64,000 nucleotides of DNA, taken from Eledone cirrhosa. Lineage: Eukaryota. Each line of letters opens with the position of its first letter. The first letter of the stretch is position 1. The translations under genes and the position numbers were made by a program. Of the stretch, positions 39,305 through 54,226 are shown one piece after another. The notes beneath the pieces were generated by a model. It did no database searches. It worked only from the letters and a program-made list of their open reading frames with translations, and was not told the origin of the DNA. The stretch spans positions 227,540,001-227,604,000 of the forward strand of contig OZ024740.1 of NCBI GenBank assembly GCA_964016885.1, given 5' to 3'.

Positions 39305-39655
39305 TCTTCTTCTTGTCGTATGACATATGCACAGATCAAGACTGGTGATCCAGACTAAGGCATCATTTGTAGCATTATATATTGCCTCTAGGCTGCTGGG
39401 AAAACATATGAGGGGGTAATCCTGAACAACATGCATCACTGTTTGGCCAGGGTCCCCACAGTCACCTCCTGGGCTGTCTTTCATTTTCCATTGATGGAGA
39501 TGATGGGTTGTCCTGGCATGTGCTGTGTGGATCTGATTAAAGGATACCCATTGCTTTCTAGGATGGTCAAAGTCAGCTGGTTTAGATGTGGAATCCTGGA
39601 CGAGGTCTAGGTTGACAAATTTGGACTCATTCCATGATCTTCGCCACTCTTCCTT
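39305..39655 (-). mobile_element. I-group (Ingi/Vingi-like) LINE ORF2 3' fragment
   Basis: - strand PRKQWVSFNQIHTAHARTTHHLHQWKMKDSPGGDCGDPGQTVMHVVQDYPLICFPSSLEAIYNATNDALVWITSLDL: decayed 'W..LNR.RTGH...' and C-terminal zinc-knuckle region; short (AAG)n tail. Confidence 0.75.
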
Positions 39656-39660
39656 CCCAA

Positions 39661-39755
39661 TTGGATGTTACATATATATTGCTATTTGTTGTTGTACAAG
39701 TCAATATACGCACAACTTGTACAATAAAAAATAGCAATATATATATAACACCCAA
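39661..39755. repeat. Hairpin core (41-bp arms) of a larger fold-back element spanning about 39130-39855
   Basis: ttggatgttacatatatattgctatttgttgttgtacaagt pairs with acttgtacaataaaaaatagcaatatatatataacacccaa (4 mismatches). Confidence 0.85.
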
Positions 39756-39859
39756 CTGAGCCCAACACCTTCTTAGGCCAACTATAATGATCATGAATTA
39801 TTTCCTATTCTTATATTTCTATTCCTAGATTGTATGGAACTTTTATTCTAATTCTGAAA

Positions 39860-40065
39860 AGGTGGTGTACTGGCAGAGTCAGTAGAGTATTGGACAAATG
39901 CTTAGCAGTATTTGTTCTGATTCTTTACTTTTCAAGTTCAAATCCTACCAAATTCATCTTTGCCTTTCATCTTTCTAAAGTCGATTAAATAAAGTACCAG
40001 TCAAACATTGGGGTCAATATAATCGACTTTAGCTTTCTCTAAAAATTGTTGGCCTTGTGCATGAT
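39860..40065 (+). mobile_element. SINE family A, diverged
   Basis: agttcaaatcc...ctttgcctttcatc...gtcgattaaataaagtaccagt...ggccttgtgc. Confidence 0.8.
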
Positions 40066-40177
40066 TCAAAAATCCTCGATAGTTTTATAATTTATTGGGG
40101 TTTTGTGGGCTGTGCTTGGAGGTTAGGATGAAACATTGTTTCTTCCCAAATGGCTTGGATAGAAAATTAACTAATTG

Positions 40178-40273
<96 letters not shown>

Positions 40274-40920
40274 ATCTTTCTTTAATTATATTTCTCAAAC
40301 ATCTTCAAGGATATATAGCTAGTTAAAAAGATATATAATTCTTTTATTGAATCAAATTAAAATGTTCCTGCATATAATTTACTACAGCAGAAAGAAGGAG
40401 AAGATGAAATCTGTGTAACTTTATATGAATGTATCTGCTGCAGTTATATAAATTTCACCTATCAGTGAATTTTCTGTCAACAACTCCACTGGTTCCACAA
40501 GGTCAACATATATATCTAGACACACACACATATATATATATGTGTGTATGTGTTCACGGTGTCTGCACATACAAAGAATATTTCATTTACACTTGTATGC
40601 ACAAGCATGAAATAGACTTCCTTGTATATTTTCTGTGTTCAAATTGCAGAAAACATTTACAAAACATAGATGACTAAAATCACAATTATCAATGGTTCAG
40701 TAGTTAAATTTACAAACATACATACATACACAGATACATACATACACACACACATACATACATACATACACATACATATGTATGTATATCCATATGTAGT
40801 TGACAGATGAGAGAAAAGAATACTCAATACTGGAGTAGAGTTTCAGTGAGAAGCAGATGAAACTCCTGAGTAAGAAGACTTACTATTTAGCCTTAATAAA
40901 ATGAATATTTATGTGTGTGT

Positions 40921-40979
<59 letters not shown>

Positions 40980-41120
40980 TGTCTGCTTCATACATACAGG
41001 ATCTGTTCTGTAATAATCAACTAACCAATCAACAGGTTCAGATTCAATCACTAATGTATATATATATGTGTGTGTATGAATATGTGTGTGTGTGTGTCTG
41101 AATATGTGTGTCTATGTATG

Positions 41121-41172
<52 letters not shown>

Positions 41173-42852
41173 CATGTGTGTGTATATGTGTGTGTCTGAA
41201 TATGTGTGTGTATGTATGTACATATGTATATAAGTATATATTAATGTGTCACTGTGGTGAAAATGAATGTTGTTGCTTCTAGGTTTATTGATTATAAACA
41301 CTTATAAGTTGCACACACATTTATCATATTCACTTTTTATATTATTCTGGTACCAAAATATTAAAGTATTACACTATTCCAGTATTGATCTACAATCTGA
41401 CCATTGATTCCAATAAGAACATTTTTCCTCTGTTACAGAATGTTATCAAAGAATTTTCCAAATACATTTGAAACTTTTAGGTGACATTTGAACAAGAGGT
41501 TTTACACTTTGTCTAAATATGTAAAAAAAATTTTTTTTTCTGGTGTGGCATAATAAACTGAAATATATTTGATATATGTAGTTGATATTATAGATATTTA
41601 ATTCATACCATTCATGTTAATTTAACCAGGAAACAATTGCATTACAAAGATACTAACTTCATTTTATATGGTTTGATTTCGTCAGTTTGAAGTTTATGCA
41701 AATAGAGTGGAAAGTCTATTAGATATGTCAGACATCACTAAACATCTATCATGGTTAATGAAAAAAAATTTAACTTCACAGACAACCATTATATTTATAC
41801 ATGACAATGTCTTAACTATCGATAGAGAAAAGTGTTAAACTTTATCAGTGTCAACCAACCTTCATGTTGTTTTCAATGTTTTAAGTCTCCTCACTCAATA
41901 GGCTTTTTATACGAATATAGCCTTTATAAAGAAGGCCTTATTTTTTCAAATCATTTTTAGGAGAACTTCCCCAACCAAATTATACAGAAACTCATGTTTT
42001 ACAAAACGTAAATTCCAGAATCCAAAGAAATTATACTTTACATAATTTATTTCAATATCAATATATATATATATATATATAGTTACTTGAGTGTGATTGA
42101 ATATTATGAAAGAATGAACCCTCTGTATTTAAACACACTGGTAATTTATATATTTTATAACATAGTATTAATTTGATTTTCAAGGAACTAAAGAACTAGT
42201 AGTTTCATAGTCTTATCAACAGAAGTAACCACCAAACGAGATATTTATAGACTTATTCTTGGCTAATGATTAGTGTTTTCATATCCTACATACATTTTCT
42301 AATAATGGGGAATACGTTCCTTCATTAACAAAGAATTATGAAACTACAAGTTACTTAAAAATCTAACTAATACTATGTATAAAGTAAAATCACCAAATTT
42401 TACACAGTAAGTATTATGATTCATAATACAAAATTTTCTTAAGGTGTTTTTTTATTGACAATAGCTACAATATACTACCAAAGGTTTATCCTAATATATC
42501 ATCATATCACTTATATTAATTGAATTAAGTGAACTACCCCATATTGTATGTCCTATTAATCTGCATGCTTTCAAGATGGGATGAACTTCATGTTCTTTCT
42601 TTAATGTTCCTCTTTGCATTGCATGATGCTCAATACAAACTGCTTGTTCTTTGTTTTTTGTTATCACTTTTAGATTTAACCTTTACATTTTTACAGTTTT
42701 CTTTATCTAAAAGAAGGTAAGTAAGGAAAGATACCATGTAACAATTTCCATTTTGGTATGAAGAACGAATAATATATGTTTGTTTTGTACAATGAACATC
42801 TGAAAATTTTGCTTGAAAAGTTGGATTATGAATAAAATTTGAAATTATGCAT

Positions 42853-42889
<37 letters not shown>

Positions 42890-42956
42890 AATATATACAT
42901 GTATATATAGTGTATTTTGCAATACACTGTATGCTTAATTAAAAGCATTTTGAAGA

Positions 42957-42993
<37 letters not shown>

Positions 42994-43026
42994 TGTATGT
43001 ATATGTATATATATGATATATTTGTG

Positions 43027-43077
<51 letters not shown>

Positions 43078-43153
43078 CATATATATCATATATATATATA
43101 TCATATATATATATATATATCATATATATATATCATATATATATATATATATC

Positions 43154-43189
<36 letters not shown>

Positions 43190-43224
43190 CATATATATAT
43201 AAATATGATATATATATATATATC

Positions 43225-43267
<43 letters not shown>

Positions 43268-43398
43268 TATATATCATATATATACATCATATATATCATA
43301 TATATACATCATATATATATCATATATATATATCATATATATATCATATACATATATATAAATATATACATATATATATCATATATATATGATAGATA

Positions 43399-43430
<32 letters not shown>

Positions 43431-43504
43431 CCTACGGTTACGTAAGGAAGAAACATTGTAAGCCAATAAAAATCTTTTGATGTTGTAGACGCTCTTGTGT
43501 TCTT

Positions 43505-43572
<68 letters not shown>

Positions 43573-43825
43573 TTTATCAATATGTATGTGTGAGTGTGGG
43601 TGTATACTAAACTACATATATGCTGTAACCCACTATTTAGAGTTTCTCCTTCTCAATCCTCAGACATCTAAAGATATATTATTTGAAACTTCCATATACA
43701 CACAGTAGTTGGTTCTCATTACATACCACAGAAAACAACTTTACAGGAATTATTGGTTTGTACATAATAAGGACATATAATTATTTTTTTTATTATAAAA
43801 AACACTATACAAAATTTCTAGAGGT

Positions 43826-44780
43826 GAGGATTTCATCTCTAAATATGAAGAATTCCATCTATAAATATGAAGAATTCCATCTATATATAAGAAGAATTCC
43901 ATCTATAAATATGAAGAATTCCATCTATAAATATGAAGAATTCCATCTATATATAAGAAGAATTCCATCTATAAATATGAAGAATTCCATCTATAAATAT
44001 GAAGAATTCCATCTATATATAAGAATAATTCCATCTATATATAAGAAGAATTCCATCTATATATAAGAAGAATTCCATCTATAAATATGAAGAATTCCAT
44101 CTATATATAAGAATAATTCCATCTATATATAAGAAGAATTCCATCTATATATATGAAGAATTCCATCTATATATATGAAGAATTCCATCTATATATAAGA
44201 AGAATTCCATCTATATATATGAAGAATTCCATCTATATATAAGAAGAATTCCATCTATATATATGAAGAATTCCATCTATATATAAGAAGAATTCCATCT
44301 ATATATAAGAAGAATTCCATCTATATATATGAAGAATTCCATCTATATATATGAAGAATTCCATCTATATATAAGAAGAATTCCATCTATATATATGAAG
44401 AATTCCATCTATATATAAGAAGAATTCCATCTATATATAAGAAGAATTCCATCTATATATATGAAGAATTCCATCTATATATAAGAAGAATTCCATCTAT
44501 ATATATGAAGAATTCCATCTATATATAAGAAGAATTCCATCTATATATAAGAAGAATTCCATCTATATATATGAAGAATTCCATTTATATATAAGAAGAA
44601 TTCCATTTATATATAAGAAGAATTCCATCTATATATATGAAGAATTCCATCTATATATAAGAAGGATTCCATCTATATATATGAAGAATTCCATCTATAT
44701 ATAAGAAGAATTTCATCTATATATAAGAAGAATTCCATCTATACATAAGAAGAATTCCATCTATATATATGAAGAATTCC
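43826..44780. repeat. 22-bp minisatellite, about 43 copies
   Basis: Unit gaagaattccatctatatataW (contains GAATTC); source of ORF 43683..44066. Confidence 0.96.
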
Positions 44781-45014
44781 AAAGAAGGTCTCTATGGTGA
44801 AGCAATGACTGCATAGATATGTATTATTTTGTTGGTAGAACACCGGTCATATCATATGTACACCAGTTCAAGGCATATTTTGTGTGTACCCATATTGTAT
44901 AAGTGATTTGTTTTCATGTGTATGTTTGTTTGTGAGTTAGTGTGAGTGTGTGTGCATGTGCGTGCATGTGTGTGTGTGTGTGTGTGTGTGTTTATGTGTA
45001 TGTGTGTGAATTTG

Positions 45015-45262
45015 TGCATGACAAAAATCACCCAGCCCACACTGTAAAGTGTAGGCACCACGGTAAAAAAAGCACCCAGTACTCACTGTAAATGCGGTTG
45101 GTGTTAGGAAGAGCATCCAGCTGTAGAAATCAAGCCAGAATCAGTTCTCGATGACCAAAACATGGTCATCTGACATGGCATTGCCCACCACAGGACAACC
45201 CGTCTAACCCATGCTAACGTGGAAGAAGGAACGTAAAATGGTGATGATGATATGATGATGAT
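45015..45262 (+). mobile_element. 5'-truncated SINE body/tail
   Basis: 'aaaaagcacccagtactcactgtaaatgcggttggtgttaggaagagcatccagctgtagaaatcaagccagaatcagttc' plus (GAT)n tail. Confidence 0.85.
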
Positions 45263-45478
45263 GTGTGGAAGTTTGTGTGTGTATGTGTGTGTGAGTTTGT
45301 GTATGCATAAGTGTGAATTTCTATGTATATGTGTGTGAGTTTGTGTATATGTGAGTGTGAGTGCATGTGTGTGAGTTTGTGTGTGTATTTGTGTGTGTTT
45401 ATGTGTGTGAGAGAGATTGTGAGTGTGTTTAAGCCACATCCCATACAGAATATAGGCACAGACACTGTATGTCATGAC

Positions 45479-46150
45479 CATTGTTTTAAGATCTACTTTC
45501 CCTGCTAGCAAGGGTTGGATGTTTCAACATTGACCAGTTCAGCACTGAAGTAGAACAACTGGTATCCCAGGCAGGCCAGAGATCTGTGTCCTGCTTATGT
45601 ACAATCTCAGTTCAGCACTGAAGTAGGGCAACTGGTATCCCAGGCAGGCCAAAGATCTGTGTCCTGCTTATGTACAATCTCATGTATAGTTTCTCTAAAA
45701 AGAATGTTATATGAGAATTATTGTGAAGATCCTTGTAGTGAACTTATGGATGCAGAAATATGTAGTTTTAAAGTCCTACCAACTTTAAAACTACATATTT
45801 CTGCATCCATAAGTTCACTACAAGGATCTTCACAATAATTCTCATATAACATTCTTTTTAGAGAAACTATTCATGAGATTGTACATAAGCAGGACACAGA
45901 TCTTTGGCCTGCCTGGGATACCAGTTGCCCTACTTCAGTGCTGAACTGAGATTGTACATAAGCAGGACACAGATCTCTGGCCTGCCTGGGATACCAGTTG
46001 CCCTACTTCAGTGCTGAACTGAGATTGTACATAAGCAGGACATAGCCCTATGGCCTGCCTGGGATAGTAGTAGACCTGCTTCAATGCTGAATTGGTCAAT
46101 GTAGACACATCCAACCCTTGCCAGAAGGGAAAGCAGATGTTAAAACAATG
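45479..46150. repeat. Large palindrome: 240-bp inner arms (45535-45774 / 45782-46021), 7-nt loop, diverged outer arms
   Basis: Symmetric about 45778 with about 3 mismatches in the inner arms; arms contain a 73-bp unit (2 copies left, 3 right) and end in inverted SINE-tail-like sequence (cctgctagcaagggttgga). Confidence 0.96.
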
Positions 46151-46469
46151 CTGATGATGAAACATTAAATAGAATTTTTGTCTAGAAATTTGAACCATTT
46201 TTTTTTTCAACATTATCATATGCCCATATTTTGAAACAACAGTTTGAGCCAAGTTGGCTTAAATGGTACCAAAGGGAAACCAGCTGGTGTGTATATAAGC
46301 AAGTTTCAAACCTTGTATTTCAGTTACCTGAGGATGAGAAGGAAGACTCTTTGAATAGTGACTCACATTATACAACTTTATATAAATATTATTTCATACT
46401 ACCATATAAATGAGTATCTTTATTTGTTTCATTGCATTTCATAGACCAGTATGATACTACAATCTATTC

Positions 46470-47172
<703 letters not shown>

Positions 47173-47729
47173 ATGTGTGTAGGTGTAGGTTCCTGTTTGT
47201 TTTATTCAACCATTGTTTACATAGTTTAAGTCACTTTGTTATTTTATGACTATCTCTAGTCCATTAAGAAATTAATTTACTTTTAAATGTATTATTTTTT
47301 CTGATTATTTCAGAAAATTTAGAAGAGGTTCTTCTGTCTGATGTGATTATATAGTTCACTTATATATTTATGTCACTAACATATAGATCATTAGTAGGTA
47401 GATCACTAATAAATGTCATTAATATGTGTCCCTATCATACAGCTTACTGATATATAGTCATTAAATATATGCCACTGATATATATGGGTTACTAAAAGTG
47501 AAGGCACATGGCCTAATGGTTAGAGAATTGGATTGACAATCATAAGGTTGTGGGTTCAATTCCTGGATTGAGAAATGCTTTATGTCCTTGAGCAAGACAC
47601 TTTATTTCACATTGCCCTTACTGCCACGAGTTGCACCAGGATACCAGTAGATAGTATCAGAAATGGAAAAACCAATGGAAACATTGTTTTTTTGGTCCAA
47701 TTTGGTGAGTTCCACCACACTCGGTAAGA

Positions 47730-48545
47730 GAATATAGGTCACTAATATATATAGGTCACTAATATATAGGTCATTAATATGTAAGTCATTAATATATAGG
47801 TTACTAATATATAGGCCACTAATATATAGGCCACGTATATATAGTCACTAACATATAGGTCACTTATATATAGTCACTAATATATAGGTCACTAATATAT
47901 AGTCACTAATATATAGGCTACTAATATATAGGTTACTAATATATAGGCTACTAATATATAGTCACTAATATATAGGTTACTAATATATAGGTTACTAATA
48001 TATAGGTTACTAATTTATGTCTAAAAAAGTCTAAAGTTTGTCTTGAGTACGGAGGCTCATCAGGCCGGTGCTTGTCCCAGTTTCTGTGGCGTTAAGCAAC
48101 TGAGTGTACAAGACTCCCCCCCCCCCTCCCCCGGACAGGATGCCAGTTCATCACAGGGTTAAACCCCCAGTTATTGCTGGTACTCATTTTCAGCTGAGGA
48201 CACTGAAGCAATGTGAAATGAAGTATTTTGCTCAAGAACACAACACACAACCCACCCCAGAAACCACAACATTACGATCATAAGTCCTCCACATATAAGA
48301 GTTACTAATATACAGGCTACTGATATATAGTTCGTTAATATATGTCACTAAAATATTTTTCAAATATATGTCACTCATATATAGGTCACTAGTATATGTG
48401 TTATTATTGTATAGGTCACTAATATGTAGGTCATTAGTGTATAAGCCACTATTACATATATACCACTAACATGTATCTAACCAATGTATGTCACTAATGT
48501 AGGTCACAAATATATATCATTAATGTATATATAGGTCTCTGTATA
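47730..48545. repeat. Degenerate 15-bp minisatellite (aatatataggtcact)n, interrupted by a family C SINE at about 48030-48290
   Basis: Units also visible at 47340-47495, upstream of a partial family-B-like SINE (47501-47620). Confidence 0.8.
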
Positions 48546-49257
48546 TCTCCACTGTACATCTTCAAAATATTGAGTACTCAATTAAATAGTGATCTCCTTA
48601 ATGACATCTTATTCGTGGGTCAGTATCTTTTTTATCAAGATGATCAATTGGCAGAATCAATTGTGATATTTGTTCCAATATATGATATGAGTTCAAATCT
48701 CATCATAATCCACTTCATCATTTTGGGGTTATTAAAGAGAGTCCTGGCTTTTGGGTCTTAAGTGGCACTTCCTTTGCTGTTGCTCCAGCCCACTTTGCTG
48801 AAACAAATATATACCACCAACAGTAGGAGTGGGTTAATCTTGAAATGGACTGTCATCCTTTATAGAACTCTTGCAGCTACGTAGACTATGTTATTTCTTT
48901 GTTATAGGAATACAAGTGTAGACCTTAGGGTCAAACGATTATTGAAATTGATGGGGAAAATAACAATTACACCTAACCTAAAAATTTGCAACAGAGTGGA
49001 CTCTACAAAAGGTGGTGACATTAAACCAAACATTAGATTAAGTTTATCATCCAAGATTAAGTCTACTGGCTAAATGAAAACAGAAAATAAATAACATTAG
49101 CTGTAAAAACTTTTATCTCAATAATTAACTATTATTTTAGACATATCTAAGTTACAAGAAACAAAAGAATTACACAGAATAATAACGTTGTAGGGTTAGA
49201 AAAATTTGTGATGACAATTTTAGTCAGTGAAATTTATCTTATCTTTTTTCCTTTCAG

Positions 49258-49403
49258 ATAATGGAACTTATTATCAAGCCTCAAATGGGACGCCAGGATC
49301 GTATCCCAGCTCCGCCATAAGGACAGACCTGAAGTCATACATTATTATAGTCCTGACTCAGTTCTTCACCATTCTTGTAATGGTGCCTCAAGTCTTCCAA
49401 TAA
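49258..49403 (+). CDS. Terminal coding exon with predicted GPI-anchor signal
   Basis: Strong acceptor atcttttttcctttcag|, phase 1. Translates (D)NGTYYQASNGTPGSYPSSAIRTDLKSYIIIVLTQFFTILVMVPQVFQ*: small-residue SSA site, polar spacer, about 20-residue hydrophobic tail and no cytoplasmic domain; two NGT sequons. Stop TAA at 49401-49403. Confidence 0.8.
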
Positions 49404-49694
49404 AAGAAAATGAAAAAAGGGAAAAACTCAAAACAATAATACATCTCAGTGATCAGTGAACAAGGTACGAAAATAAAACGGCGACATTTTTTTTTCTTTT
49501 ACAGAAACGGACGACGACAAATAATTTCGTACCACACCTCTTTTGGCATTCATTATTAATAATGAACATGAAAAAAAAATTACCCAGAAAAATTCATTTT
49601 AATCAAATGGAAACCTACACTTTTTTTCTCTTTATCCTTGTCCAGTGAAAAATGCAATGAATATAAGAAAGAAAGAAAGAAACTTCTTAATAAA
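49399..49694 (+). promoter_or_regulatory. Proximal 3' UTR with candidate polyadenylation signals
   Basis: AATAAA at 49399-49404 (overlapping the stop), 49472-49477 and 49689-49694; the real transcript end cannot be determined from sequence. Confidence 0.35.
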
Positions 49695-51707
49695 TACCAA
49701 CTCCGAGTAACAATTTATGCAGTCAACAACCAGCCAATTAACTAAGTACCATAATCAAAAATGAAAGTAAATTAACCAATCAAATCAAAAAACTAAGCTA
49801 ACTGTATAAATACTACAATGGCTCCTATTGACAAATATAAACCTCTTGTTTCAATCTGAAATACACATTTACACTAACAAAAACATAAATACATACACAC
49901 ACATGCATGCTCACACAAAAACACACATATGTATACACACATTTTTTAAGTGTGTGTGTAGAAATTTTTGAAATTTGAAATTTTTTTTGTTTATTTTTAT
50001 TTTTAATTTTAATTTTAATATTTTTTTTTCTTCTTTGCCTTCTTTTACTGTCTCACTGCAAATCAGTTATAGAAAATTTGGTGGGTAAAAAGAAAAAGAA
50101 CTCTCACCTAGCCACCAACACTACCACTCCCCTCTCCCTCTTATTGGCAGTTGTGACAGAACTATTCAGACATCAACCCCATCCCATTTCTTTTTCACCC
50201 TCTCACCTAAATTGTATCTTAACCCTTCACCTCATGTTACTCTTTCTAAAGACCCCCCCCCCTCCTTTCTCATCTTCTATCCCTGACATCCATACTCTCT
50301 TTTCTTGACCCACCATCACTCTCCTTTCCTTGTTTTTCTAACCCTCTGTCACTCCAACTCTCTCTTATTTTCCATTATTACTTTTCTCTTTTCCTTCTCT
50401 TTCTCTCATCTCCCACTCCTCACACACTCCCTCCCTCCCCTCTCTCTCTCTCATATTTAATTTTATTATTGGCTGTGCAACGAAAGCTTCTGATTGGTTC
50501 AAAAATATATAACATACACACATACATACACACACACACACACACATACACATCATCATCATCATCATCAACAACTACAATAATAATAGCAAGCACACCT
50601 CTTGACATAATCCTCAGTATGAAGGATATTTCATTTTTTTTAAAAGAAACAAGCAGTAAATGAAAGAATTATATTTACAAATGTGTGTAATACAACCATG
50701 TTACTGAAAAACAAATGGAAAATCAAAATGTGAATGACAATGACAGTGTTAGTGTATATGAAATAAGAAGCCCGTTACCCTAAACTTTAGGCTATAAAAA
50801 TATCATTTTGTTGGAAAATTATTGCAAAACTTAGTTTATAAGAATACCATTTCATTGAAAACCTATCTCTTTTAATCTATTTTTTAAATATTTGGATGGT
50901 TATGGATGATGCTTGGTCCTAATCCTATGTTCTTTGATCATCAAATAACTCTTTTTGGATCGAATAGTTAAATTTATTCATTTCCCCACCACTACCACCA
51001 CCTCATGTTGAATCATATGTGGCAGGCATTCATCAGTAGATGTTCATTCAGGCTGGAAATCAGCCATATTATCATTCTTAATAGTCTGTCTGTCTGGGAG
51101 AGTCTGCAAATATCATAGGCACTGCCTCGACACCCTTCTCCAAATAATTAAATTTAAAAAATATATATAATAATAATGAAAAAAATCGTTAAAACTTACC
51201 AAGTCACAACCACCTCCACTCTCTTCCCTCTTATTGGCTGTAGTGACAGAACTATTCCAACATTCACCCCTTCAACCCATATCCCATTCCTTCTTCACCT
51301 TTTCAAAGGAATGATATATTTCTTCAGTGGTATTCCTCCTTCACACCACACCACCACAATACCACACCACCACAATAATTTCTTGCACCATCACCAACAA
51401 AAATAATTTTTAAAATGCATGACTTGCAAGAAATAGCAACCAAGTCTCCCTCATATTACACTCCACAGTCTTAAAAAGAGAAGACCACAAATTAAGCCAT
51501 CTTGGCAAAAGAAAAGGTAGGATGGTTATGGCTGGAATAGCTTTTATCATAGACCTGTTCAATCAGAGCTGATGTGGTACTAAACAACAATAACAATAAC
51601 AAAAACAGCAAGAATGCTTCTACATGGTCTTTCAACCTGCTGTAAATAGCAGCCAAATCTCCCTCAAATCACCCCCAGCCATTCTAAACCATCTTCAGAA
51701 CATGAGT

Positions 51708-51875
51708 AAAAAAAGGACATGTTAAGTTATGTAATGCTAGAAAAAAGGACACATTAAATGATGTAATTCTAGAACAAAAGGGACACATTAGATGATGTAA
51801 TCATAGAAAAAAAGACACATTAGGTTATGTAATCTTAGAAAAAAAGGACACATTAAATGATGTAAACCTAGAAAA
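51708..51875. repeat. About 33-bp tandem repeat, about 5 copies
   Basis: agaaaaaaaggacacattaRRtKatgtaatNct units. Confidence 0.8.
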
Positions 51876-52689
51876 ATCATTCTGTAAATCAGTGTGTCCA
51901 AATAGACTACTCACTATGAAAAATAGAATGTAGGTTGTATAGAAATAATAGAGAAAATGTTAGAAACATTTAGAATAGAAGATATTAGAAAATTAACAAG
52001 TAGAAGTATCCATTTATATTAACAGTATTGTCTTGTCTGAAAATATTTTCTAAATAGGATGAGATTGAATTCAAAGAGAAAATATTATTTTAGATCATAT
52101 ACATTAATAAGTTATATTACAATCAATTTTAACTGAATTTAAAGAATATTTATTTAATAAACGAAAGAAGGAATCATAACAAGCAAGATGCAAATTATCT
52201 GAAATCAATAAATACAAACATACAATAGGGACAAACTAACAATATTTTCTTCTTAAGAAATGTATGTATGAGAGTATGTATGTGTGCCTGTGTATGTATG
52301 TGTATATATATGTGTGTGTGTATGTGTGTGTGTGTGAATGTATGTATATATGTTTGCCTATGTGTGTATGTATGTATGTATGTATGTATGTATGTATGTA
52401 TGTATGTATGAATGTGTGTCTGTCTGTTTGTATGTATGTATGTATGTGTGTCTGTGTGTATATGACACATGATGTTGGAGAACATTTGTTCCACTGAGGA
52501 TATGCTGTGACAAATATACTAGTCATATATTGTGGTACATTGAAACGATCATATGAAATGTCTCTAATAAAAGAGTCAGTATTCATACTTCACTGCTATG
52601 ATCATGCCTCCATTTATACATTATGGATTGAGCTCTTGTTTTATACTGGCTCACTTGTTCTATGGTTCTATGTATGAAGCCTACCAATA

Positions 52690-52736
<47 letters not shown>

Positions 52737-53041
52737 TATATATATAGTTACTGTTTAGAACATGATATGAAAAATATCTTGGTGTTTGTGTGTGAAAGAT
52801 CGTGTGGAAAATGAAACTAAAAAAAGGCCACCTACCTCATTCAAAATGTTCGTACAATATACTCAAGAAGAAGAAAAAAGACTCAAATAACAAAAATATA
52901 AATCAAAAACATACAAAGAATATACATGAGCATATTAATCACTAAACAAAAGGAAAACACATAAATATTTTTAAATAATACGTATATATATGTGTGTATG
53001 TATGTATATGTATACATATATATATGTATATGTACACACAC

Positions 53042-53115
<74 letters not shown>

Positions 53116-53138
53116 ATGTAGATATATATATATGTATA

Positions 53139-53184
<46 letters not shown>

Positions 53185-53198
53185 TATATATAGATATA

Positions 53199-53245
<47 letters not shown>

Positions 53246-54037
53246 ATATATATATATATATACACACATATATTTAAATGTGTATAAAATATGGATAATA
53301 ATTGAAGGAGACAATATGTAAGCAAAGTTAATATATTGAAATACTAAAATATAGCACGGTTATTAATGCAAGATATAGATTTAGAATAGTAACAAACTTT
53401 ATATAGAATATATATAATGAAACTCTGACATACATACACATATACACAATAGAGTCAGACATTCCTACACCTAAAAACTGAAATGCATACTTGCACCTTC
53501 CCACACACAAACACGCAGACATATATATATATGTGTGCAAAGACACTCAAATACATTCCTGAACTTAAAACCAATCACACATATTCGCACACATACATCT
53601 ATTTACACAAAAATGTTCATTCATATATATATATATATGTATATATATATATGCATATATATATATATATATATTTATATATATGTATGTATACAAAATA
53701 TTGTATACATTCCAAAAGCACTCACAACAAATGTGTTTACAAACAAACATACACACACCTCACTAATATTACATTAATGTCCTTTGAATAAGAATTTTTC
53801 GTACCCACATAAGAAACAAAAGTTTATATATATACTTATATACATTAGTAATTAACAGATAAAATATTTACTTTGAAGTATATTAAACTTTGATACATTG
53901 AGAGATTCAACCCTTTTAATACCAAACAAGCCAATATTGGCTCTGGTTCTATGAAAGAAAACCACATATTTTGAACAATTCCAATATAAATTTATATAGT
54001 AGCGTAGTTAATATAAAGCATTATGAGATATGTAGTA

Positions 54038-54226
54038 CGGTGGATTGGCAGTATTGGGAGAGGGTCGGATGCCATGCTTTGACATATAGAGTTACCGCCC
54101 TTACCATTCTGAGTTCAAATCCCGCCGAGGTTAACTTTGCCTTTCATCCTTATGGGGTCGATAAAATAAAGTACCAGTAATGCACTGGGTAATTGCTGGC
54201 CTTGTGCCTAACGTAGAAACAATTAT
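54038..54226 (+). mobile_element. SINE family A, full length, with 18-bp target-site duplication
   Basis: attatgagatatgtagta at 54020-54037 and 54222-54239. Confidence 0.93.
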
